A model generated the notes under the pieces. It was not told the origin of the DNA. It did not search any database and worked only from the letters and a program-made list of their open reading frames with translations. Shown piece by piece: positions 38,418-47,320 of a DNA stretch of 55,454 nt; the stretch's first letter is position 1, and each line of letters starts with the position of its first letter. The position numbers were made by a program, and so were the translations under genes. The DNA comes from Deltaproteobacteria bacterium (GTDB taxonomy: Bacteria; Bdellovibrionota_C; UBA2361; JANWWW01): contig JANWWW010000002.1 of NCBI GenBank assembly GCA_025055295.1, positions 1 to 55,454 of the forward strand. Reading direction: 5' to 3'.

Positions 38418-40913
38418 ATGGAAAAAAAATTAAACGATAAAAAAAATTCGGAACCAAAAAAAACTTACGTAGTTCCTTTAATTGCCCTTAAAGAGTCTGT
38501 GGTATTTCCCACCCATACAGTTCCTTTGTTTGCGGGCCGAGCCAAAACCATAAGAGCAATAGAAGCAGCCGAAGATCAAGATCTTATGATAATGTTGGTA
38601 GCTCAAAAAGAAGCCTCAATTGAAGATCCTAAGGAAACCGATTTGTATACGGTAGGCACTCTTGGAGAAATCGTTCAAAGTATTCGAAAGTTGGATGTTC
38701 AACTTAGCCTCGCTGTGGACAGTAAATTCAGAGCTAAAATCAAAAAGTTTTTAAAAACAGATGAGTATTTTCTCGTGGAAGTTGAAGAAGCAAACCCTGT
38801 AAGCGAACTCACCCCTGAAACGCAGGAATTAATGAAAAAACTAAGAGATCTTTTCTCGGAATATGTCAATATTTACAAACCCAACCTGAAAGAAAATGTT
38901 TTAACTCAATTGTCTGTTATCGAGGACCCTGTTAAATTATCGTACTCTATAGCGCCTTATGTAAATCCCAAGTTTGAGGAAAAACAAGCTCTTCTTGAAA
39001 TTGACAATTGCAAAGAACTCATAATCAAGTTGTGCGATTTAATTCAAAAAGAGATTGAATTATTTGAAGTTGAAAAACGGTTTAAATCCCGGGTCAAAAA
39101 ACAAGAGCAAAAAGGACAAAAAGATTTCTTTTTCAATGAAGGCATTAGAGTTTTACAAAAGGAATTGGGAGAAAAAGATGAATTTCGAAACGAGATTCTT
39201 GAGCTTGAAGAAAAATTGAGAGCAAAGAAAATGCCCGATGAGGCCAGAGATAAAACGGAAAAGGAAATTCGAAAACTGAAAATGATGTCTCCAATGAGCG
39301 CAGAAGCAACCGTTGTCAGGAATTATGTTGATTGGATGTTATCTTTGCCATGGCTTGAATACAGTGACGACTTTATTGACATTCAGGTCGCGAGAAAAAT
39401 ACTCGATGAAGACCACTACGGTTTGGAGAAAGTTAAAGAGAGAATTTTAGAACATCTGGCTGTTCAAAAACTAAACAATAAAATCAAAGGGCCAATTCTT
39501 TGTTTTGTTGGGCCTCCTGGAGTAGGTAAAACAAGTCTTGGACGGTCTATCGCCAGAGCTGTTGGCAGAAATTTTGTAAGGGTTGCTCTTGGCGGCGTTA
39601 GGGATGAAGCTGAAATTCGCGGGCACAGAAGAACTTACATAGGAGCTCTGCCGGGTAAAATAATACAAGGAATTAAAAAAGCGGGGACTTCGAATCCGGT
39701 ATTTTTATTGGACGAAGTCGACAAGATGACTGTTGATTTCAGAGGAGATCCATCAGCAGCCCTATTGGAGGTTCTTGATCCTGAGCAAAACTATACCTTT
39801 AATGATCATTACTTGGATTGCGATTATGACCTGAGCAAGGTTATGTTTATATGCACTGCAAATCAATTGCACACAATACCGGCGCCTTTATTAGACAGAA
39901 TGGAGATTATTCGAATCTCTGGATATACCGAAATAGAAAAATTAAATATAGCCAAAAGGCACCTCATACCAGCGGAAATTAAGGAAGTAGGGCTTGATCC
40001 TGATAAAGTTGAGTTTACTGACGAGGCCCTTTTGAAACTCATTAGGGAATATACGAGGGAAGCTGGTGTCCGAAATCTCAAACGCACAATCTCAAGTCTG
40101 CTGAGAAAAATAGCGGTTCTTTTTGTTCAAAAAGATTCCGGGGTAACTTTTCCACTTCAAATCAGAGAAGACAATGTGATTAAATATATTGGCTATCCGC
40201 CATACAAGCAGAATGAGCTTGAGAGTATTGATCCGGTTGGTTCGTGCACAGGTCTTGCCTGGACGGAAAAAGGCGGGGAACTTTTGGTCATAGAAGCCTC
40301 GGTAATTCCTGGTAAAGGCAGGTTGCAAATCACTGGTAAACTCGGAGAAGTAATGCAGGAATCGGCTAAAGCCGCTCTAACGTATGTCCGGAGTAGATTT
40401 TCTCTTTTTGGTCTTCCGAAGGAGTTTTTTGACAAGGTTGACATTCACATACACGTTCCAGAAGGAGCAATACCTAAAGATGGTCCATCGGCAGGCATCA
40501 CCATAGCTACGGCCCTTGTCTCAGCGTTAACAGGCATTCCGGTAAGCAAAAACGTGGCAATGACGGGAGAAATAACTCTTAAAGGAACGGTCTTACCAAT
40601 AGGGGGCTTAAAAGAAAAATGCTTGGCTGCTAGTAGAGTTGGTATTAAAAAAGTCATAATTCCCCTGAAAAACGAAATAGACATAGAGGAAATACCGGCA
40701 AAGATTAGAGACACAATAGAGATCGTTCTGGTAAGCCATTGTGATCAGGTTTTGCTCGAGGCTTTAGAAGTGAAATCGCTAGAAGAATTTGCAAAAGTGG
40801 TTGAGTACTTTAAAAATCAGAAGGAACTACTTTTCGATAACGGAAAACGTGACACAAGAAAAGATCAAAGTCCGGTTGAACAAGAAGAGACTTTTCAAAG
40901 GATGACCTGTTAA
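38418..40913 (+). CDS. lon: ATP-dependent Lon protease
   Basis: GPPGVGKTSL, RRTYIGA.PGKI, DEVDK, KDGPSAG (catalytic Ser), IGGLKEK (catalytic Lys). Confidence 0.99.
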   Translation: MEKKLNDKKNSEPKKTYVVPLIALKESVVFPTHTVPLFAGRAKTIRAIEAAEDQDLMIMLVAQKEASIEDPKETDLYTVGTLGEIVQSIRKLDVQLSLAVDSKFRAKIKKFLKTDEYFLVEVEEANPVSELTPETQELMKKLRDLFSEYVNIYKPNLKENVLTQLSVIEDPVKLSYSIAPYVNPKFEEKQALLEIDNCKELIIKLCDLIQKEIELFEVEKRFKSRVKKQEQKGQKDFFFNEGIRVLQKELGEKDEFRNEILELEEKLRAKKMPDEARDKTEKEIRKLKMMSPMSAEATVVRNYVDWMLSLPWLEYSDDFIDIQVARKILDEDHYGLEKVKERILEHLAVQKLNNKIKGPILCFVGPPGVGKTSLGRSIARAVGRNFVRVALGGVRDEAEIRGHRRTYIGALPGKIIQGIKKAGTSNPVFLLDEVDKMTVDFRGDPSAALLEVLDPEQNYTFNDHYLDCDYDLSKVMFICTANQLHTIPAPLLDRMEIIRISGYTEIEKLNIAKRHLIPAEIKEVGLDPDKVEFTDEALLKLIREYTREAGVRNLKRTISSLLRKIAVLFVQKDSGVTFPLQIREDNVIKYIGYPPYKQNELESIDPVGSCTGLAWTEKGGELLVIEASVIPGKGRLQITGKLGEVMQESAKAALTYVRSRFSLFGLPKEFFDKVDIHIHVPEGAIPKDGPSAGITIATALVSALTGIPVSKNVAMTGEITLKGTVLPIGGLKEKCLAASRVGIKKVIIPLKNEIDIEEIPAKIRDTIEIVLVSHCDQVLLEALEVKSLEEFAKVVEYFKNQKELLFDNGKRDTRKDQSPVEQEETFQRMTC

Positions 40914-41005
40914 AGGGCTCTCTTCGTAAATTTTAGGTAAAGAGGGCTCAAATTCGCTGTTGAGAATTCTTTTTTTGTAAGGTTAAATAATAGTGTTGGC
41001 GACTT

Positions 41006-42442
41006 GTGAAAACTGTTTCTGCCGTTGACAGGATTCATCATCTAGTTGATCCCGGCTCATTTACAGAAGTAGACAAACAGGTTTATCACAGAGGATTCGG
41101 TTTTTCAGAGGCGTTACCCAGAGTTTCAGGTGATGGGGTTGTTGCAGGGTTTGGAAAAATAAATGGAAGGCCCGTGGGCGTTTTTTCACAGGATGCCTCG
41201 TTTGTAGGTGGTTCGCTCGGCGAAATGCATGGAAAAAAAATTTTAAAGGTACTTGATTTTTGTGAAAAAAATCTTTGTCCGGTTGTAGGGCTTGTTGAAA
41301 GTGGTGGGGCTAGAATACACGAGGGCGTTTTAAGCCTTGGTGCTTATGGTGAACTTTTCCAAAAAAACGTGAAACTCTCGGGCCTTGTACCACAGATTAC
41401 CGTAATATTAGGAGCGTGCGCGGGTGGAGCTGTTTACTCTCCGGCATTGACGGACTTTATTATAGCGACTAAAGACAGTTTTCTTTTTATTACAGGCCCA
41501 GACGTCGTTGAAGCCGTGACAGGAGAGAAACTAACCAAATCGCAACTTGGGGGTACTGAAATACATGAACAGATTTCAGGGGTTCTTGACATGGTTTGTG
41601 AAGACGACACATCAGCAATTGGCTGGACGCGTACTCTAGTTTCCATGCTTCCTCAGAACTACCGGGATTTGCCACCTCGTTTCTTAGTTGAGGATTCTCC
41701 GTTTCGCAAAACACCTGAGTTTGAGCGCGTAGCAGGATTGGCGCCAAACATCCCTTACGATGTCAAGGATTTGATTTTTGATCTCGTGGACAAAAACACA
41801 TTCGTAGAAATTAAACCAGCTTACGGTAGAAGCCTCGTTATTGGTTTGGGAGCCTTGGATGGCGAAATTGTAGGGATTATCGCCAACAATCCTTCTGAGC
41901 TGGCAGGATGCTTGGATGTTGACTCAAGCGTTAAGGGAGCGAGATTTGTGAGATTTTGTGACGCATTCAACGTTCCATTGATTGTATTGGTGGATGTTCC
42001 CGGATTTCTTCCTGGGAAAGACCAGGAAGAAAAAGGGATTATAAAAAAAGGCGCAGCATTGTTATTTGCGTTTTGTGAGTCAACCGTGCCAAGAATCACC
42101 TTGATACTCAAAAAAGCTTACGGCGGTGCTTACGATGTAATGAACTCGCGTCATGTAGGAGCTGATTTCGTTTTTGCTTTACCAAACTCTGAAATAGCTG
42201 TTATGGGACCCGAGGGTGCAGCAAAAGTGGTTTTCAAAAAAGTTCTTGAAAGTCAGCCACATATGCTAAATGAGCTCATTTCGAAGTATCGAAATGAAAT
42301 AGCCCACGTTCAAACAGCACTGAGTTTGGGTTTTGTCGATGCAATAATCGAACCATCGTGCGTAAGAGAAACTTTAATCAAAGCTTTACGACTGATACCC
42401 CAAAGAATTAGATCGACTCCAAAAAAAAATGTCCCATTTTGA
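41006..42442 (+). CDS. Acyl-CoA carboxylase carboxyltransferase subunit (PccB/MmdA/AccD family)
   Basis: GDGVV.G.G, GGSLGE, SGGARI.EG, G.CAGGAVYSPALTD, DVPGFLPG, KAYGGAYDVM.S.H, C-terminal KKNVPF. Confidence 0.93.
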   Translation: MKTVSAVDRIHHLVDPGSFTEVDKQVYHRGFGFSEALPRVSGDGVVAGFGKINGRPVGVFSQDASFVGGSLGEMHGKKILKVLDFCEKNLCPVVGLVESGGARIHEGVLSLGAYGELFQKNVKLSGLVPQITVILGACAGGAVYSPALTDFIIATKDSFLFITGPDVVEAVTGEKLTKSQLGGTEIHEQISGVLDMVCEDDTSAIGWTRTLVSMLPQNYRDLPPRFLVEDSPFRKTPEFERVAGLAPNIPYDVKDLIFDLVDKNTFVEIKPAYGRSLVIGLGALDGEIVGIIANNPSELAGCLDVDSSVKGARFVRFCDAFNVPLIVLVDVPGFLPGKDQEEKGIIKKGAALLFAFCESTVPRITLILKKAYGGAYDVMNSRHVGADFVFALPNSEIAVMGPEGAAKVVFKKVLESQPHMLNELISKYRNEIAHVQTALSLGFVDAIIEPSCVRETLIKALRLIPQRIRSTPKKNVPF

Positions 42443-42587
42443 AAACCAGAATTCTTTGGATTTTGACTCAATCTGGGAAGAAACTCCCTTGGAAAAAATT
42501 AAATTCCTGTTTAACGAAGATCTTAGAGACGAGGAAATGTACGCCCTAATTGCTACATTAACCAAAATCTTGGAAGAAGGTCTTTAA
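42429..42587 (+). CDS. 52-aa acidic protein, epsilon/delta-like small subunit candidate (not in the ORF track)
   Basis: MSHFENQNSLDFDSIWEETPLEKIKFLFNEDLRDEEMYALIATLTKILEEGL fills the whole gap between the CT and BCCP genes (14-nt overlap, 1-nt gap). DEEMYALIATL resembles the AccE/MmdD 'EELAA...AV' helix. Confidence 0.6.
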   Translation: MSHFENQNSLDFDSIWEETPLEKIKFLFNEDLRDEEMYALIATLTKILEEGL

Positions 42588-42588
42588 A

Positions 42589-42963
42589 ATGAGAAAATTC
42601 AGGGTCATTGTAAATAACGAACAACATGATGTTGTGCTCTTAGAAAGGAGCAATAACTCTTTTCATCTGAAAATAAATGGCAAGAACGTGCTAGCCACAA
42701 TAGAACAACCTATCCAAGCACCAGTTGGCGTTCGAGCAGTTGGGTTACAAGTCAACGAAGTTAAAGCGCCCTTTGCGTCTATTGTAAGCAAAATCTGGGT
42801 GACAGATGGCAACATAGTCGAGAAAGACCAACCTCTTGTAACATTGGAAGCCATGAAAATGCAAAACCTTATTAGGTCTCCAAGGCGTGCTAAAATTAAA
42901 TCGGTTTTAGTTAATCAAGGGCAAAAAGTGGAAAAAGAGCAAGTAATTTTGATTTTTGAATAG
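42589..42963 (+). CDS. Biotin carboxyl carrier protein (biotinyl domain)
   Basis: V.AP....V..I.V..G..V...Q.L..LEAMKM.N.I.SP. Confidence 0.92.
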   Translation: MRKFRVIVNNEQHDVVLLERSNNSFHLKINGKNVLATIEQPIQAPVGVRAVGLQVNEVKAPFASIVSKIWVTDGNIVEKDQPLVTLEAMKMQNLIRSPRRAKIKSVLVNQGQKVEKEQVILIFE

Positions 42964-43068
42964 GCTAGCTGAAAAATGAAATAAGCTCTGGTTGTAAAGC
43001 AAGATCAGTTAAATTACGTGTCCTCGAGTGTGAAAGCCTCTCGTGAAAACACCTTAAAGTCGCTCAAA

Positions 43069-43761
43069 TTACGCGTTAATCATATCATTTAAGAAAAATC
43101 TCAGTGTTTCACTGCTTACGGTTTTTGGTAGACTGTTAAGTTCCAATCTTAGATTTTTGATAAACTGCTTGACAGAATTAAGTCTGTGATCAAGTAAAGA
43201 CTTAGCTGCTTTTGTGTTTAATTTTTCAGCTACCTTAAGGTATCTCGAAAAGAACAAGTCTACAGCGAATTTTTGGTCGTTAATCTGCCTTTCATCCGCA
43301 AACGGATCGATTGGATGGTAAAGTATTTTATTCATCAAGCCTGCTGACGCAAACCCTCTCATAATCGCAACGCATCCACAGGACTCGAGCATATCCGCGT
43401 CTTGAAGTACCATGGCCTCCAAAAAGTTTGGCTTCAGTCCCTTTGAAAATGAACAAGTTTCAATAGCTTCTTTTACCAAAAGCAATTTATTACTCGGATA
43501 CTCTAACTTGGATAAAACTTTCACCGCATATTGTGCGCTTTCTATATTGCTTAGGACGCTTTTTGGATGATTTTTTGGATAAACTATTACGTCGTGAAAA
43601 ATTGCCGAGGGTATTACAATCTCTAAGTCAGCTTTTTCCTTTTTACCTATTGATTTAGCCAGCTCAAGAACTCTTATTATGTGGAATATATCGTGTGATG
43701 GATCTTTTCTCTTTTTGACTTTTTTATAACAAATTTTTAAAAGCTCATCCTCTGGAACCAT
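43069..43761 (-). CDS. HD-domain phosphohydrolase (YedJ-like)
   Basis: SHDIFHIIRV, FHD, VLQDADMLE..G...I.R.F. Confidence 0.88.
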   Translation of the reverse strand: MVPEDELLKICYKKVKKRKDPSHDIFHIIRVLELAKSIGKKEKADLEIVIPSAIFHDVIVYPKNHPKSVLSNIESAQYAVKVLSKLEYPSNKLLLVKEAIETCSFSKGLKPNFLEAMVLQDADMLESCGCVAIMRGFASAGLMNKILYHPIDPFADERQINDQKFAVDLFFSRYLKVAEKLNTKAAKSLLDHRLNSVKQFIKNLRLELNSLPKTVSSETLRFFLNDMINA

Positions 43762-43987
43762 TTTTAAAAAAGTAGATTAATTTTACCCGGCAAGATTAAA
43801 AAGACAAATGTTCTTTTAACAAGCAAATATTTTAATTTGCTAACCGCTGTTCAAGCTGAATTTAAAGGAAAAAGGACACTAAACCTCGCTACACGTAAGA
43901 ATAAAGAATTTACTTTTCAGTGTGCCAAAAACAGCCTTATGAAGCGAGAATTTACTTTAAGATGAAATTTATAAGACAATACCCAAA

Positions 43988-45019
43988 ATGATAAAAAAAT
44001 TATTTGAAGAGGAATTTGAGGAAGTGGTATTCTTCTCAAATCCACGCACAAACCTCGAGTGCATAATAGCTGTACACTCAACCAAACGAGGGCCAGCCTT
44101 AGGGGGGTGTAGATTCTGGCATTACTCATCTTATGAAGACGCATTAATCGATGTGCTACGGTTAGCTAAGGGAATGACATATAAAGCCGCAGCTGCGGGT
44201 CTAGATCTAGGTGGGGGAAAGTCTGTGATAATCAAAAACCCGTCTGTAAATTATTCAAGAAGAGAACTCATGCGATCTTTCGGGGAATGCGTCAATAAAC
44301 TTCAAGGGCGATACATAACTGCCGAAGACATGGGAACGACTACTGACGATATGGATGTAATAAGTGAGGTAACTCCTTTTGTTCGGGGATGTGGAAAAGT
44401 TAAGGGAGACCCCTCTCCTTTCACCGCAAAAGGCGTTTTTTATGCTATACAAGTTGGGTTTCGATTGTTATTTGGAAGTGAAGATGTTTCTGGAAAAACA
44501 ATCGCTATCCAAGGTTTAGGAGCAGTAGGTTTAAAATTGGCAAAAATTTTGGCGGACAGCGGGTCTTATGTCATAGGAACAGATGTCAGCAGCGAGGCAG
44601 TAGAACGTGCACATGAGCAAATTAACGGGATTAAGATAGTTTCACCCGAAGAAATTTACAAGGTTGATGCTGATTGTTTTAGCCCTTGCGCCGGGGGCGC
44701 AATTTTGAACAGCTCAACAATTCCACTCTTGAAAGCAAAACTTGTGGCAGGGGCTGCAAATAACCAAATATCAAGCCCAGAATGTTTTGAATTATTTAAA
44801 CAAAAAGGCATTCTTTATGCACCAGATTTCTTGATCAATTGTGGCGGTCTTATAAAGGTTGCTAGCGAATCGTTAGACGTAAGCGATACCGAAGATTGGA
44901 TCAACCAAAAACTATTAAGTATAAAAGAAAAACTGCTATGGGTTTTTGAAGAACACATTAAAAGCGGAAAAAGCACCGAGCAGCTTGCAATTCAACTGGC
45001 ACAGTCTGAGCTTGCATAA
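43988..45019 (+). CDS. Leu/Val/Phe dehydrogenase family protein
   Basis: HST.RGPALGGCR, RLAKGMTYK.A.AGL.LGGGK, YITAEDMGT, GDPSP.TA.GV, QGLG.VG, GAANNQ, YAPDF.IN.GG. Confidence 0.95.
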   Translation: MIKKLFEEEFEEVVFFSNPRTNLECIIAVHSTKRGPALGGCRFWHYSSYEDALIDVLRLAKGMTYKAAAAGLDLGGGKSVIIKNPSVNYSRRELMRSFGECVNKLQGRYITAEDMGTTTDDMDVISEVTPFVRGCGKVKGDPSPFTAKGVFYAIQVGFRLLFGSEDVSGKTIAIQGLGAVGLKLAKILADSGSYVIGTDVSSEAVERAHEQINGIKIVSPEEIYKVDADCFSPCAGGAILNSSTIPLLKAKLVAGAANNQISSPECFELFKQKGILYAPDFLINCGGLIKVASESLDVSDTEDWINQKLLSIKEKLLWVFEEHIKSGKSTEQLAIQLAQSELA

Positions 45020-46931
45020 ATCCAGAAGACTTCAAATCAAATTACTCGTTAAAATTCTGTTAACAGCGATCGTCTTTTATTTCTTTATTTCAGAAGTGAT
45101 TCTGAAAACTTCCGTTAGTTCCGTATTGAATGAACTCAGAAGCGTTGATCGAGCTTTATTCACAACTTTTTTAATCCTGTCAATTACCAATTGCGCGATT
45201 TCATCTGTGCGCCTTCATATTATGCTCTATGATCTTGGGTTCTACACAAGTTGGCTTAGCGTATTTTTTGTGACTTTTGTAAAAAATTTTTTTGCTGATC
45301 TTCTTCCTGCTAAAACAGGAACATTAATACATCTTTATCTCGTTCCACGATTTCTCAGGGGCAATTTTGAAGCGGCTTTTAGCACGCTCGCTCACATTTC
45401 CTTTCTCGATATCTTTGCGGTTGCGTTTTTAATTCTCATTTTTGGATTTTTTGTTGGAATTTTGGGTGTGTTGAATCTTTCCGTATATGTTTATGCAATC
45501 GCTATTTTTCTTCTTTTCATAAGTTCCTATTTCATAAAAAAATTACCTCTAATTGTAAAGTCGCTGTTCAAAATTTTAAACAGAAACCTTCCGCCATTAA
45601 TTGGGGAAACATTAACCACTTACGAAAGACTTAATGAAAAAAAGACACTAATTTGGTTAATCTTTTTAGCAATCACTCAAAGATTTGTAAAGTATTTTTC
45701 TTACTGGGTTCTTTTTCTAGCTCTTGTAAAAAACTATGGAATTGACGTTGAAAAAGCACCGTTTTTCAAAACAGTTTTTGCGTTTATAACGGCGGAAATG
45801 TTCGTGTCTTTACCAGTTTTCTCTATTGCGGGAATCGGAACTTTTCAAACCGGCTGGAATCTTGCTTTTTCCGTGCTAGGTTTCGACCTTTCGATTGCAA
45901 ATTCAACATCCATTAGTCATCATGTTCTAACACAAGCGTGGGGTGTGGTCCAAGGTCTTAGCGGAATCGGGTTAAGCTTTTTATTTTGCAATTGGCTAAA
46001 CAAAAATCTAATTTTTATCCATCCTCCTAAATTCATTATAACTGCCTTAACGTTATTAACATTGACGATTGTCACGGCTTCCCTCCCTGACCAGCGAAAA
46101 ACCCAGCAAATTGCAATATTTGGATCCTCTGAAGAAATTTGTACCCGTTGCAAAGTTTACTTTGATGGAATTATCGAGAATTCGACTTTAGGAATTTACA
46201 AGCTAACGGGTAAAAAGCTGGAAAAAGTCATTGATAAAGAAAGTGTTTTCGAACAGTTTCCTTTCGTCGACAAGAAAAACAACAGAATTATTTTTACCGA
46301 AAGTATCTCTATTCTTAGAAATGCCCCCGGTAAAATTTTTGCTTTGAAAAACGGGGAAACATTTTTGCTTGAAAACGACGGCGCTTTTGCTTCACTGACC
46401 CCAGCTGGCGAGCTTCTTTTTGAGCGTCGCAGAAGACAAATCATAATCAAGAAAGATAACAACGAGGATATCATTTTTCCAACCTTTGTATCCAAAGATA
46501 TTGAAGTATCAAAGCCCAGAATTAGTCCAGATGGGAAACTCATTGCGTTTACTGTCAATCAACCTTCCAAATGGCATATTTGGATAGTAGATAGGAGCAC
46601 AAAAACCGAGATTGCAAAATTTCGCGGATGTGAGCCATGGTTCGAGTCAAACGATAGTGTAATCTTTATAAGAATTGATGGTGGAAAACGGTTTATAAAG
46701 AGACGAAATTTGAAATCCGGAGCTGAAGAAGACTTAGTTAAACCTTTTGATGATTACATAACATTTTACTTCCCTTTTGCTTTCGATGGAATATTGTTAT
46801 ATGGCGCCAGCAGAAGCGCATCGCATGGATTAGAAGGTGGCGTTTTCGACATATTTTACAAGAAAGATCAAAATAACAATAAATTGATTGAATCAACAAC
46901 TCTATTACGTTGGCCCTTTTTGGATTACTAA
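45012..46931 (+). CDS. Flippase-like (UPF0104/lysylphosphatidylglycerol synthase TM) domain fused to a TolB/PD40-like beta-propeller
   Basis: N-terminal ~8 TM with N....LPAK.G and P....GIGTF...W motifs; C-terminal soluble region with P.ISPDG..IAF and WHIWIVD. TTG 45012 preferred over the track start 44946. Confidence 0.7.
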   Translation: MHKSRRLQIKLLVKILLTAIVFYFFISEVILKTSVSSVLNELRSVDRALFTTFLILSITNCAISSVRLHIMLYDLGFYTSWLSVFFVTFVKNFFADLLPAKTGTLIHLYLVPRFLRGNFEAAFSTLAHISFLDIFAVAFLILIFGFFVGILGVLNLSVYVYAIAIFLLFISSYFIKKLPLIVKSLFKILNRNLPPLIGETLTTYERLNEKKTLIWLIFLAITQRFVKYFSYWVLFLALVKNYGIDVEKAPFFKTVFAFITAEMFVSLPVFSIAGIGTFQTGWNLAFSVLGFDLSIANSTSISHHVLTQAWGVVQGLSGIGLSFLFCNWLNKNLIFIHPPKFIITALTLLTLTIVTASLPDQRKTQQIAIFGSSEEICTRCKVYFDGIIENSTLGIYKLTGKKLEKVIDKESVFEQFPFVDKKNNRIIFTESISILRNAPGKIFALKNGETFLLENDGAFASLTPAGELLFERRRRQIIIKKDNNEDIIFPTFVSKDIEVSKPRISPDGKLIAFTVNQPSKWHIWIVDRSTKTEIAKFRGCEPWFESNDSVIFIRIDGGKRFIKRRNLKSGAEEDLVKPFDDYITFYFPFAFDGILLYGASRSASHGLEGGVFDIFYKKDQNNNKLIESTTLLRWPFLDY

Positions 46932-46958
46932 ACCTCTCTGTTGATCAATCAAATAGAC

Positions 46959-47138
46959 TTAAAAATCTTCATCTGTAATTCGATATGGAATAAAACATCT
47001 CTTCTCAGAGATTATATTTTGTTTTTTCGCAACGATATTTGCAAGGTCGTCATCAGTTAAGGAGAAATCCTGATTGACGGCTTCAGTGGTAGATTTTGTG
47101 CTGTCCGGAACGTCCAATTCAATTTTTGCCCTTGTCAT
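46959..47138 (-). CDS. Small acidic hypothetical protein (59 aa from ATG 47138; 106 aa in the track)
   Basis: The upstream extension 47139-47279 is AT-rich and contains MITE-like sequence; the ATG form contains LTDDDLANIVA. Confidence 0.35.
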   Translation of the reverse strand: MTRAKIELDVPDSTKSTTEAVNQDFSLTDDDLANIVAKKQNIISEKRCFIPYRITDEDF

Positions 47139-47320
47139 AACCTGGCTGGCTATCGGCAAACTTAAAACCAAACGATTAAAAATTAATCTGTTACTATTTC
47201 TAATATTCTTCAACAATTTCTCCAAATTAGGCTTTTTAAAATGCACCAAAATTAACGCAAGACGCAAAACATTGTCCACTAGAGTATTTTGATGAAAATG
47301 GCTGCCAAAAAGTTACTCAA

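Noticed and set aside
43915-43935. TGGCAC (minus strand) as a sigma54 -24 box near Leu dehydrogenase
   Set aside because: No GC at -12 and the wrong orientation for that gene.
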